A stretch of 61,613 bases of DNA, the filler included, from Hausera hauseri (lineage: Eukaryota), in NCBI GenBank assembly GCA_046269625.1. It is 12 parts of 12 records of this genome, joined end to end, with 100 filler letters (N's around TTAATTAATTAA, not from the genome) between each part and the next. Parts side by side here need not be neighbours in the genome. Positions count along the whole stretch, not along the records: positions 1 to 4,071 come from JBJURY010781091.1; positions 4,172 to 9,841 come from JBJURY010209522.1; positions 9,942 to 14,254 come from JBJURY010641219.1; 9 more parts are not named here. One strand, 5' to 3'. The translations under genes and the position numbers were made by a program. Each line of letters opens with the position of its first letter. The stretch's first letter is position 1. Under the pieces are notes generated by a model. The model was not told the origin of the DNA. It ran no database searches and saw only the letters and a list, made by a program, of their open reading frames with translations. Of the stretch, positions 1 through 11,971 are shown in pieces.

Positions 1-605
1 TGCCCGAGGAAAACAAGGAAGATTTATACTAGAAGATGGAATAATAAAAACACGAACAGGTAAGATTTGGATACCAATGAACAGACGAGTAGAAATGATA
101 ACGCATAACCATGTCATGCTGTCCCATGCAGGATCAGAAAAACTAATAAAATACATTGACAGTGACTATGACATGCACAACCTACGAGAAGCAGTCCAGA
201 CAGTAGTTCGACATTACGAAACTTGTCAGCGAAGCAAAACTTTGACAACGAGCACGAAGGACGAAACAGTGAACCTATCATCAAACGAGCCATTCGAGAA
301 AATATACATAGATATATGTGGACTAATGAAGGAGACATGGAGAAAAAAGGTACATTTTAGCAATGATAGATCGGTACAGTAGATACGTAACAGTAATTGC
401 TATACCGATGCAAGACGAAGCAGTCATCAAAGCAGAGATAGAAAAGAAATGGATCCTCCAATACGGAGCACCAAAAGAAATACATACAGACTGCGGGAAA
501 GCACTTGAGTCGAAATTGATAAAAGACATGGCGTCATCAATGAATATAAAAATGTGCTATTCGAGCCCATACCACCTTATACAGTCATCCACAAATGGGT
601 GGTGA
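1..605 (+). mobile_element. Ty3/Gypsy integrase fragment (degenerate, frameshifted)
   Basis: HHCC zinc-finger remnant (H..LSHAG...TCQRSK), PFEKIYIDICG, IDRYSRY, WILQYGAPKEIHTDCGK and SSPYH motifs split across two frames. Confidence 0.85.
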
Positions 606-679
606 ATTTCCGTATTTCGCTGGCAAACATAAGGTGGTAATTGGCTACTGCGACGTAAACGATTCGCCTTTCCGACTCA

Positions 680-965
680 GAGAAAATTCGGAATTCCGAT
701 TGCTAAGTCGTTCGGAAAAACAGCCTTAAACACCTTAGATGATGTAATATTCAATAAACATTGCATCAGGGAAGCAATTAAAATCCGAGCATTGGACGTC
801 TTACCTGATATATAATCCAATGCAATTGGTCCGTTAAGTGAATCCCTGGTTTCAACGAAGTAATTTATTGAAGACATACAGAGTGGTAAAGTTATACATA
901 GCTATCGAAAACGGAAACGGAAAGGTAAAACCACTGCAACTATAAACAAATGGAAAAGTATGTAG
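680..965 (+). pseudogene. Polinton small basic core-like protein remnant upstream of MCP
   Basis: Manual translation KFGIPIAKSFGKTALNTLDDVI...QSGK...RKRKRKGK. Position directly before MCP is typical of Polintons; one internal stop. Confidence 0.5.
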
Positions 966-985
966 GATTCATATTGCTAATAATA

Positions 986-2178
986 ATGTTCACTGGAAAA
1001 TCCGAATTGGCTTTGTTTGATCATAATATTCCCCAAGTTGTTGTGGAAAGCTCTACTTTTGAGGAAATCTACCCGAAAAACTCAATAACCGGTAACACAA
1101 GTTCGCAGATAGAATTCAATATAATCGGGTCAGATAATGACCATCTGGATCTGAACGATACACTTTTTCGTTTAGAATGAAAACCGTCAAACAAAATAAG
1201 TCATTTATTGCAACGGATAATGATATTACACCATCAATTTACCTACTACATACACTGTTCAAAGAAACTACATTGGCGCTGAATAGTGTAAAAGTGGAAG
1301 ATCTGAACAATACACACATGCAAAAAGCAATTATTAAAACGCCTCTGAATTTCGAAAACTATGCCAATACTGTTTCTCGAATCAGTTGGATACCATAAGG
1401 AGGAAGTAAAACGTATAGTGGATGAAAAAATCAACATCTCGGACTTTATGTGGTCCTCTGATTCTGGATTTCTTTGACGGACGCGAAACGTTTGTGTGGT
1501 TATTTACAAATAGAAAGGTCAAGATGTTGTATATTTGAAATCTGAACTGTATATTTTGAGACTAAACTGTTGGTTCGATGTGCGTGTTGATCAATCGGTA
1601 ATGATTGGTTATCGTCAGGGCTTGAATATGCAGAATGCAATATATCCATTTCAAGAAACGAAAATCGTCCGCTTTACTATTCCGAAAGACTCCCATGGTT
1701 TATTCAAGGATAACTTGTTTTCCGACGAACGTTTGCCAAAATTCGTATTGATTGCATTCCAATCATCTAAGCAGTTTAGTGGAGATTATGACTCGTTTAC
1801 CATACGTTCTCCAGTTACAACATCAAATCATTATCGTTGATGAGAAATGTCGACTATCGGGAAATCTATACCATGGATTTTTAAAAAGCGGACTGTACCG
1901 AGGCCTAAGTATAATCCATTATTCGGAATATGGGTTTGTTGAACCGGGATGGTAATAACGGTATTACAATGGCCGACTTCAAGGATAACTATTCCTTCTG
2001 TACATTTGTTTTGTCACCGAACTTTGAGATTGAACAGGCACAATTAGGAAAAACTGGTAATCTGAAATAGGATGTAAGATTTCAGAAAGCTCTACCAGAA
2101 TCGATGATAATGTACGCTCATAGTGCGTTTGATTCACAAATCCAAATTACTAAGGATGATGTTGTAATCTTAATATAA
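986..2178 (+). pseudogene. Polinton/Maverick major capsid protein (PY), disrupted
   Basis: N-terminus MFTGKSELALFD..PQVVVESSTFEEIYP...IEFNIIGSDNDHLDLNDT, middle DNLFSDERLPKFVLIAF and C-terminus GNLK*DVRFQKALPES..FDSQIQITKD match Polinton MCP motifs; multiple stops and frameshifts. Confidence 0.85.
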
Positions 2179-2235
2179 ACAATAAAACACACGTGAAGTA
2201 TTTTTTCCTATTTTTTTCTCATTTTATTTTGCAGT

Positions 2236-2330
2236 ATGTCAAATTGGAAATAAGTTAAAGCGTAAGCTGGGCAAACATTTCATAGGTGTCTGTCCATTAG
2301 AACGTCTGCGTGATTACCTACCTCAATATT
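2236..2330 (+). pseudogene. Start of Polinton adenain-like cysteine protease (truncated)
   Basis: QIGNKLKRKLGKHFIGVCPLERL resembles the F.GVF..D.L N-terminus and sits immediately after MCP, the usual gene order. Confidence 0.5.
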
Positions 2331-3796
2331 TCTCAACCTTTTTGAGCTATCAAAATTTTTGATGGGCGATGGAAAAATATATGGTCAATCAAAAGTGTTT
2401 ACGTAGTCTTATTGTGCAATCCAAGTCATCAAAGTCAGACTAATCTGACACTAATTCGACAGATTTTGGATTAATCTGTCAGGTAAATTCAAAGAAAATA
2501 AACAATGACTAACAGAGCTAATTGAAAAAGAAAACTAATTATTTTTGCTTAACTTTTGCTTTTTATAATTGGATTTTCATTGTTGCTAACCGAATAAATG
2601 AATTTTTATTTGTTATATATATTTTCATGATAGATAGATTAGTATATATAAGGATACGATCTGTGTTAAAATAGTAGATTCTAAGGTTTTGACACATCCT
2701 TCATTATGCTTTATGATAGTTGTAAGTATTTTTATTGTATTTTAATATTATTGTACTTTTGATCGTAGTTATTTTCACTGTTTTTGTATACGTAAATTTG
2801 TATTATTTTCTCGTCAGTAATTTAGTAACATTAAAGATTTTCTATCTTTCTTTTGCTTGTATTCTTAATCGTGAATAAATATAATTAAACATACGGTATT
2901 GCAATAAGGTAAATTAATTCAAATTAAAGGGTCCACTTTTGGTATACCCTGCTTTAAAAAGTTTGGTTGTCAAAAATCATTTGAATAAACGCAGAGTAAC
3001 GTCAGTTTACCTCATGACGAAGCTCATACATTAAGGTCAAATAATTGAAATAAAACTTCCGATATCAGCAAGCCAACAGGTTGCTGATTACGCCAATAAA
3101 GTAAATTAAGTTTGAGGCAAGGAGAGGACCCAAACTTTTAAGTAAAGAGAATAGGTTTAAGATCGTAAGACCATTACTTTTACGTCCATAAACTTTTCAC
3201 ATGCACCTATATTATGATGAGGGAAATGATTCTGAAGACGTTCATAAATCTCCTCATCTAAATCAACAAGCATCTTCGGTGCACTTTCATGAATACCCGT
3301 TTGGAAACTCGAACTAACAACACCTTGCTCTTTGTACGGACCACACTTTTCTTTCTTTTTTGTTTAATCCAAAACTCTGCAACCTCATCGTGAGTCAATG
3401 CAGGTAATTGTTCACCATGCAAAAACTCTACTATTTTCGTAATCTCCTTACAATGTTGCTTATCAATTAAATTAGGCATTCTAAGCGGACCCTGTTCAAA
3501 TATCTTCTTTGTATTATTTGAATAATCAAATACATTTTTAAATATTTCTATCTAAAAACAAAATAAAGTAACTAACTTAGACAAATTATTTAATATATAG
3601 ATATTTAGATTTTAAACTTTTCCAAAAGTAGAAGGATGTGAGCGCACTGAACCAAGACCCCCCCCGGGGAAGAAAATTTTTTTGGTGAAATTTTTTTTGG
3701 TGAAGAAAAATTGATGCGTTTAAACAAATTTCACGAATTGATGTACTTGTATATTATCCCCCGGTTGGGAAAATGTTATCGAGAAAATTTTTTTTC

Positions 3797-4071
3797 CTCC
3801 GATTGGGCGAATCCGAAATTAGTCCTCATAATTTTTGTTTAAATTTTTTTGTGTTAATGTGTACTTATTTTCCGATTGGGCGAATCCGAAATTAGTCCTC
3901 ATAATTTTTGTTTAATTTTTTTGTTCCATTGTGTGAATGTGTACTTATTTTTTGATTGGGCGAATCCGAAATTAGTCCTCATAATTTTTGTTACAATTTT
4001 TTTGTGCCATTGTGTGAATGTGTACTTATTTTCCGATTGGGTGAATCTGAAATTAGTACTCATAATTTTTG
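3797..4071. repeat. Tandem repeat, about 74-81 bp unit, about 3.5 copies, runs into contig end
   Basis: Recurrent ccgattgggcgaatccgaaattagtcctcataatttttg...aatgtgtacttattt. Confidence 0.9.
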
Positions 4072-4171
4072 NNNNNNNNNNNNNNNNNNNNNNNNNNNNN
4101 NNNNNNNNNNNNNNNTTAATTAATTAANNNNNNNNNNNNNNNNNNNNNNNNNNNNNNNNNNNNNNNNNNNN
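4072..4171. other. Artificial contig linker (44N-TTAATTAATTAA-44N); identical copies start at 9842, 14255, 20298, 25761, 29846, 38106, 43906, 47968, 53044 and 57126
   Basis: Identical 100-nt structure 11 times; the 12-mer gives stops in all six frames. Confidence 0.98.
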
Positions 4172-6469
4172 AATCCTGATTTCCTTTTTGTCAGAAAAAT
4201 TAATAAATGGTCGAAATTCGATTAAAAAAAATCGTAGAATTCATTCTCTCCTTGCCAAAACGCAAGTTAAGATTGCCATGAAAATTTCTGGCTATAAAAT
4301 TAACAATTAAGGGAAAACAAGCCGTTAATGGATATATATATATATGAAGTTCATGAAGTATATATGGAGTTTGCTGATGAATAATTTTGATTTGGTTTCA
4401 GTAGCTTTAATAAATATTTTATGCATTCGAATTTATTAGTTTACTTCAAATAAGTTATTTCAGAATTCAAATATTATTTTTACTTATCAAGTAAATTATT
4501 GATTTTATGTACTATTCATCTGATAAATTTTAGCTTCTTTTCAAAACGTTTTCCATATTATTAATTATCATAATTTTATACTTGATGAGCCTGTGGAATA
4601 ATGTGATTATTAATCATTTGTTATTATTATTATTTTATTATTATAATTACCGTGTGAAATGAATTCAAAATTTTGCACAATCGATTTTTCCTGATCTATA
4701 TATCATAGTTATAGGTAATGTGACATTAAAACGTTTTGCAAATATTGTTAAGCAAAATCGCAGACATTATCAACAATCAATAAAGAAGAATTTAGTAGGA
4801 TCCGTTTGCTACTTTGCACATTGATTATGAAATAATCACATACTCATTTTATCTAAATTCTTATAATATTGATACTCACGTACATGACAATTTTATTAAA
4901 ATCTACATCAGAGTCGAGTACATAAATGAATGATGCTGTAATTTTCACATTTGTCAGATTTGTGGAATAATGAATATATAACAATGTCGTATGATTTTAC
5001 TGAATACAAAGGGTTAACAGGGAACGAACCGCCAACGGATAACGATCTGAAATTGATATTAAATTCTGCAGTTGTATTCATCGATTTAAGTTTTACATTT
5101 TGGCGAACATTTATTTGCATTCACTCCACAGAATATATAGAGATTCTGATATTGGTTGCATAGATGAATGCATTAATTGGATGTTAATCTTGAAATAAAT
5201 ATTTCCTTGTTCGAATCTTTATCGATTCCGGAGTTACGTATTTATAAGAATACCTCTAATAAATACTTTGGTTTTAGTTATTGATTCAGCCTTTGGGCTT
5301 TGATGTGAATCCAGGAAATGTATAATTATAATGTTGATCTAAAACCTTTAGTAACTAAGGAATCAGAATTGAAGAAAATTTTCGAAGATCAGCAAAGTAA
5401 AGTGATTTATCGGAGTGGATAATTTTTGAAGTTTGGAATCAGATATAGCTCGTCAACGCAAGAGCGAGTATTAAAATTAGAATTAGGATTTATTAACACG
5501 TTTATATTTTTAAGAAATATGTAAAGTACGATTTATGAACATTCTTCGAATAATGATTAATAAACTGTTATTATAATTTTGTGAATAACCGATCATTTAT
5601 ATAGTATTTAATCAGATAACCAATAAATAATGACGTGGGATAATGAGGATAATCAAATGCCAAGATATATGTTAAATATAGGAGGTGATTGGGGACTCAA
5701 GGATAATAGACATTCACTAGTTATAGGATTTCATTTGCGACAAATTATAAATGCCCCAATAAATTTTATGTGGATACGAGCTAAAGATTGAAATAAGACC
5801 CCTGTATCCAACATATTATAATTACTATGCATATGAAATTTATTAATAATGAAATATATAATCGCAAATGATTCTTTCGTTTCTATGTTAAAAAACTGAA
5901 GTATAGACGTAAATGATTAGTGATTTTGTATTTTAATTGATAAGATAAAGAGATTCATAATAATTTTTACGTAACTGTTAATTGCCCAAGATACGTAATT
6001 CACATTCAGCTTATCAGTAATGTAGTAATACTGTTTTCAGAAGCAATTACTAAGTTGTCCATTACACTGAATAAATCACATTACCATAAAGATAATAATT
6101 ATAGTACGTGCTTAATAAATATAATAGTATTTTATAATAATGGTATTTCAATAGTATTTCGCAATAAGAGTAAAAAATCTATTAGAATAAACCGGATATC
6201 ATGATAATTGGATTAATTGAAGTCGTATGGATAATTAGTTTAATTAATACTGCATAGATTAACAGGCACCGGATAGTTGTAGACTATCAGACCGCCAGGA
6301 CTCCCCTTCAGTACAACGTTTGAGTTGGTAGAACATCCAAAAAAATAATTGCCCCGAAAGTTATATGCTGGTACATTATAAAGGTCGAGAAATGACCCTT
6401 GTACTAGCACATAAACTGGTGCCCCGAGTGAGGATACCCAATTACATTGTCGCAGAAAAATATCAATGA

Positions 6470-6769
6470 AAATGCCCGATTTGTTTCGAGAAACTTGGCT
6501 TCAAATATGCATCATTCCGATGCACACATCACATGTGTGTGAAGTGCGCTGATATGTGCCTATCAAAGAAACAAAACTGCCCATTTTGCTGTCGCAAGAC
6601 TACAAGTGATAAATGTTGGGATGTCACAGTAGTAATCTTGCCAGATGACGACGAATACGAAGAAATAATAGAGGAAGATCCAAATGACCTATATTTAATT
6701 GGACCTAATAGTTACATTACTTCATCAGATAAAGCACGTTTATTGGCCGTATGGAGAAATAAATCCTGA
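6470..6769 (+). pseudogene. RING-finger (C3HC4-like) protein remnant
   Basis: CPICFEKLGFKYASFRCTHHMCVKCADMCLSKKQNCPFC, preceded by an in-frame TGA; intronless. Confidence 0.7.
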
Positions 6770-7027
6770 TAGGTGGAAAATAGTTGTTGGCATCTGGTAC
6801 AATATGCGGTTTTGTTTAAGTTTTGAGGATCTTCATCTTCTTTTTTATATCTAAATTTTTCGACAAATTTTGTGGTAATCCGACTGCTTAGATTTTGATA
6901 TAAAGCCTCCAAAACTGAAGTTGATGAGCACCTAAAATGAGAGATGAATTTCTGATATTACTGAGTGAAGAGCAATTATCTAATGATTGTATATTGTGCA
7001 TCGTTTGACGGATCAACAGTGGTCATT

Positions 7028-7169
7028 TGTGACACCAGAGGTGAGATTTGACGTAACTTCTTTCGAGGCGGAAGATCGGGGCCCGCCTATGGGCCCGACG
7101 CGGCGGCAAAGGACGCCAGGCCGCGCCAACCAAATGGGCCAGAGGGCGCCGGCCGCTGTGGGCACCACA
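7028..7169 (-). mobile_element. GC-rich Gypsy LTR fragment (same family as 28555-28665)
   Basis: About 110 bp clearly similar to the reverse complement of 28555-28665; begins TGTGGTGCCC on the minus strand. Confidence 0.8.
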
Positions 7170-8284
7170 GTACAATCATTAATGATGATGAAATTATGGA
7201 TGAAACTTTTGCGGATGAAACAAACGATGCAATTGAAAAGGAATGTCAAACTCCTCTTATAAGCGTATAATTTTATTTTCAATAAACTATAATTACTTTA
7301 ATAGGATTGTGAAGAATGTAAAAATGGAAGTTCAGATACGAGCAAAAAAACGTTTAATGATTATGTGGATCAACTAGCAATGATATATCAGTCTAATGCC
7401 TATGCTACAAAAATTGACATTTATGAAAAGTATTTTGATATTACCAATCTTCTTAAACAATTAAGTGATACAATGGAAAGTGGCATATTTCACAAATCAA
7501 GAATTATGCTTGAAGCTAAATTACCAACAACTGTTTGAAAACATGTTGAATTATTCACTCACTGTATGATCATTTATGACATCATAATGAAAACTGGTGC
7601 CAGAAATGGAACGAAGAAAAATCTAAGACTTGCATGTTTAATGTATTATTAGTAGTAAACTGTAGTGTTTATATATAGTCAAAAAGCCGGAAGTTGCATT
7701 CACGTCACTGAATTCCAACGAAGTAATTAATTTTGCCACAACCATCTCTTCACACAATTTATAAACCGCCATGTCACTATATAAGAAAGTAGATTGATAG
7801 TCCGAGGATACATTTGGGAATGGTCACCAAGATGTACGGTTATCTAGTTAATTTGCAAACTTTCTGTCGAATCTAATTGACCTTAATTACATTACGAATT
7901 CACATTGTGATCTGAAAATGTGACTTAATTTATTCTCTCATGATAGGAACAACTTATCATTCAATATTGTGTTTCATATCTGATCTCTTGGCAACTATTA
8001 TATAATTATCACATAGTAACTGTGATGTAATTTCTAGTAATCTGTTACTTTTAATCTCACGTTCTAAGTTCATTTTTATCACTCATTATTGTCTCTTTAG
8101 ACCGCCATTATTACCTCATTATCTCATTACCATTTTTACCTTGTTAATAATACCGCCAACCTACGTGCACAAATGTAAATATTTCACTTCCTCAATTTGA
8201 CACATCAACTTGTACATTTTATTTACTTCATTTCAATAGTAATGAAGAAAAATTGGCAAACACAAAAAATCGGCAAACTCAACT

Positions 8285-8560
8285 TTATGAGCATCTAAAT
8301 CAACGTTGGATAGGAAGAAGCAGTGAATTACTCTCATGGCCAGCATGTAGTCACGATTTAGCAATGACTTTAGCTGTGGGGCTACGTTCGCGATCGTGTT
8401 TATAAACCACCATTATCTCACGTTACATGATCTACAGAATAGAATTCTTGATTTTCTTCATGCTATTCCAAGAAATATTATTAACTCCTACAACAATTCT
8501 GTTAAAAGATGTAGACATTGTATAGCAGTTGAAGGTCGTCATTTCGAACAATTTCTTTAA
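8285..8560 (+). mobile_element. Tc1/mariner-superfamily transposase C-terminal remnant
   Basis: RWIGR...WPACSHDL (WPPRSPDL-like)...VYK...DLQNRI...CIAVEGRHFEQFL*. Confidence 0.75.
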
Positions 8561-8690
8561 AATTTTCACTTCTTATTGCTGATGTAGCATTTATATTTGT
8601 AAATATTCTACTTCTCCTAAATATAGAATTCTTGTACACATACAGAAACTGTGAGCGTCGTCAGAGATGTAATAAAAACAAATTGCATAG

Positions 8691-9170
8691 TTGCAAATTT
8701 CTGTTCGGGAACAATTGGCAAACCAGGGATTGGATTATTCATTGTCAACTGTAAGAATATTCAAGGAAGCAGGCTTCACGCCAAAACAAATGACAAGTCG
8801 CTCTGAGAAATGCTTCGCACATGCCGCATTCACCAAGAGTAGAATGTCGAATATGTTCCACAACATATACAAAAACATGAAGCTGATATATTTGGACGAA
8901 AGTGCCTTCAAAATTAGCGATGGCACTGGGTACGGTTGGTAAAAGTTAATTGGCCCGCCACAACGTATAAGCCTGCAATCCGTGGACACGATCCATCCAT
9001 GTGCAGTGTCATTTCTGGAAAAATCGAACATTTAACCTTTTCAGAGAGCGGGTACAATAGACACATTTTCCTGGCATTCGTGTCAAATGTCTATTTAATC
9101 CAAATATTCTACTCATCATGGACAATTGTGCATTCCATAAGTGCAATGAGATTTTGCGATTTTTAAATTC
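8691..9170 (+). mobile_element. IS630/Tc1-like DDE transposase remnant
   Basis: SLSTV..GFT.K HTH-like segment, LIYLDESAF...YGW and LLIMDNCAFHK catalytic motifs, with stop and frameshift. Confidence 0.75.
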
Positions 9171-9653
9171 TTATGCATATTAGTGAAAATTAAAGTATGA
9201 AATAATGTTACTTTTAGAAGCCTGATTGCACAATTTTCTTTGTTTTCGAAAACTTTTTTCATACTATCGTAAAAATTTGTATTTGAAGAACTTGACACAA
9301 ATTTATTGCATGAATTATTGGACAAAAGTACGAAATACTGGACATGAAGAAAGTTGTGTAACTCATTTGAATATTTTATTTTACGTATCATGACAAATAT
9401 TATTTTTACTTAATATAAATATAGATATATAATTACACAGCATATAATTTGAAAATATTCTATTTTATAATTACATCATATTATTGTAAATATATTTTTA
9501 CAATTTAGAATATCCATTTACTTATTGTATTATTATTAAAATATTTTCTAAAAACAATATAATGTGTCATTTTATTATTTTACGTTAAGCCTACTTATTG
9601 TAGTATTATGACGTAATTATTAATTATTAGAATATTTTCTAAATATTACATGC

Positions 9654-9656
<3 letters not shown>

Positions 9657-9696
<40 letters not shown>
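9657..9696. repeat. (TA)n microsatellite
   Basis: About 19 TA units. Confidence 0.95.
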
Positions 9697-9698
<2 letters not shown>

Positions 9699-10314
9699 AT
9701 AAAATCCGAAGAATATTTTAAATCTCAATAATCGAATGTTAAAATCAAATAATTGAAGTATCATGTAAAACAAAATAAATATTAAGTCACACATTAACGT
9801 ATCATGTACCATAATATTGTATCACAAAATATTCAAATGAANNNNNNNNNNNNNNNNNNNNNNNNNNNNNNNNNNNNNNNNNNNNTTAATTAATTAANNN
9901 NNNNNNNNNNNNNNNNNNNNNNNNNNNNNNNNNNNNNNNNNCGGCGTTGTCGATTTGACAGGAAACCGTTCATTGCTTGGCAGCAATGGTTCTATTTCCT
10001 GTGTTTCTTCCCCCCCCCCTTGACCCAGACTGCTCTTTTTTCCACTACTCCCCGAAATAAGAGAAAAAAACAAAATAGTCACAGATGTGTAACATATAAT
10101 GATTAATAGTATGAAAAAAACATTTTGCCAGCAAAGTCTAAATAACACAATTTGACAAGATTTTACACTTGTTCAAATCGCCCAACTAAATTTAAAAGTT
10201 TGACAAAATTATGAACTTTGACAAAATCTTTGTTCCTTTTCTTTGACTAATGTTCTTTTAGTATCTGAATTATAGTGTTTCATTGAAGTTCTGTCAATCT
10301 AAAATGTATTCATA

Positions 10315-10437
10315 GTAGGGAGGAAGTGGCGGTTTTGCACCACCCCTCCCCTCCCTCAGGGGTATGCGAATCAAAAAATCAATTTGCACCCCCCGGAGGA
10401 GGGGAGGAGTAGTGCAGAACCGCCATTTCCTCCCTAC
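10315..10437. mobile_element. GC-rich palindromic MITE-like element
   Basis: gtagggaggaagtggcggttttgcac... pairs with ...gtgcagaaccgccatttcctccctac; about 55-bp imperfect arms with a short loop. Confidence 0.7.
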
Positions 10438-11058
10438 GGTTCGTCAGATTATCATTTGCATATTTTCTCAAATTTTGACAATGCACATAAATTTAGGCCG
10501 AATATTTGGTGGATATTTTTCATTTTGGTAAGCCATTAAAAACGATATAAATCAAGTATTAAAGAAATTTAACTCAAGAAAATGGACGAAAATTTTATTC
10601 AAGTTCAAAATTACTAAATTTGGTGTGGTAGACTTAAACAAATGCGAAAAGCTGCCACATTTAAAAGCACTAATTGCGTTATTTTGAACTTCGTTGGGAA
10701 AAGTTTTTTTAATAATTTTAATCAGCATTGACTATTTCTTGTAAAAATCACTGTGTGGTAGTAATAAAGTCTTCCTTCTTACAGTTCATAACAAAAAATT
10801 CGAAGTCATAGAGCATTATTAAAATCATTAATTTTCAATTTATTAGGGATGTATGTGGTGCTCATCTTAGCCCACGTAAAAATAGAAAATATTTATGTAT
10901 ATGTATGTATTTTATATTTGAAAAGCTGTGTATACACTTTTATTTTAAACACTTGTTTTAATATTTAATAGATGATGTTGTATTTTGAAAATTTCTCAAC
11001 TATTTTAATTCCGATTTTCCTAATTCTTCAAGGAAATAGAAATGACAGATTTTCACAC

Positions 11059-11076
11059 TGGTGTCAGAAGTGGGAT
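11059..11076 (+). promoter_or_regulatory. Primer-binding site, tRNA-Leu
   Basis: TGGTGTCAGAAGTGGGAT is complementary to the tRNA-Leu 3' end and lies 1 nt after the LTR. Confidence 0.88.
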
Positions 11077-11197
11077 ACCCGAAACCGTTGTTTTTGGAGA
11101 CCCACATTACTTTCCGTGCATGCCTTTCTTCTTGGACAATGGCGACAGTGCACTTACATGGATCGTCATCCATTCTGGATGGTCGGTCAGCCTTTAA

Positions 11198-11971
11198 ATG
11201 AGTTCCATGGCGAAGGCACTATCGTTTTTCTCTTTGCTTTCGGTCAAATTCCTACAAATATTGAATGGGACTTCAAAAATTTTTAACAAAGATAACCTAT
11301 ACTTAGAAGCCCAAAAATTTCTCTTAAAAATAACAGATCCAATGATCAATCCGGAAAATCTGCCATCTCTAGAACATCATAATCTTGTTGTTGCCGGTGT
11401 TCTAGAGTCAGCCGCTGTCAGTGAACCAACAGAGACAATTTCATTTGTTAAAGAAGATACACCCGGTGAGGATAACGAATTGAAACACCTATTTACGTAT
11501 ACACCTGATCGGTCACGACAGTCAGTCAACAATAATACACTTTTCAATCAGAAGGAGATATCGCAGTCACAACACAATTTGCTAATGCGGCACTTTCCCG
11601 AATCGCCGTTATCATCGGTCAATTTAAAACCTTTAATTTATGAAGAAATGCAGGTTGTCGACGGATGCATCATCACAGTATATTATGACAATTGTCTGAA
11701 CAATTCCTATAGAACTTTCTCACCAGCTTTTTCGAAGTCCAGCGAGAATTCTCATTCCTTTCTGACTACCGGTCATGTCGAGTCGAACTCACCAAACAAT
11801 CAGAAAGACCCCGAGTTCAAATATCGCAAAGCAGAATTCGAAAATTGTTCCAACGATATAGCGTTGTCGAAGGTCAAATCCACAAAACATCTGCTTGAGG
11901 GTCGTTCCAGTCTCATTGCATGCAATACAAAACCAAAAATACTTGGCAATGAAATACCACAAATGTGCTAA
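11198..11971 (+). CDS. Truncated Gag-derived ORF with Ser/Asn-rich tail
   Basis: In-frame upstream PCMPFFLDNGDSALTWIVIHSGW resembles PCVDYFTDKQHSSRTWLQFHAQW of the gag at about 34800; an in-frame TAA precedes the ATG. Confidence 0.55.
   Translation: MSSMAKALSFFSLLSVKFLQILNGTSKIFNKDNLYLEAQKFLLKITDPMINPENLPSLEHHNLVVAGVLESAAVSEPTETISFVKEDTPGEDNELKHLFTYTPDRSRQSVNNNTLFNQKEISQSQHNLLMRHFPESPLSSVNLKPLIYEEMQVVDGCIITVYYDNCLNNSYRTFSPAFSKSSENSHSFLTTGHVESNSPNNQKDPEFKYRKAEFENCSNDIALSKVKSTKHLLEGRSSLIACNTKPKILGNEIPQMC

Noticed and set aside
4116-4127. Recurrent TTAATTAATTAA motif as a biological repeat
   Set aside because: Always centred in identical N padding; an artificial concatenation linker. ORF ends reading XXX..LIN are artefacts.
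6987-7282. Protein-coding ORFs resembling 28472-28787
   Set aside because: The similarity comes from the shared GC-rich LTR fragment, not a gene
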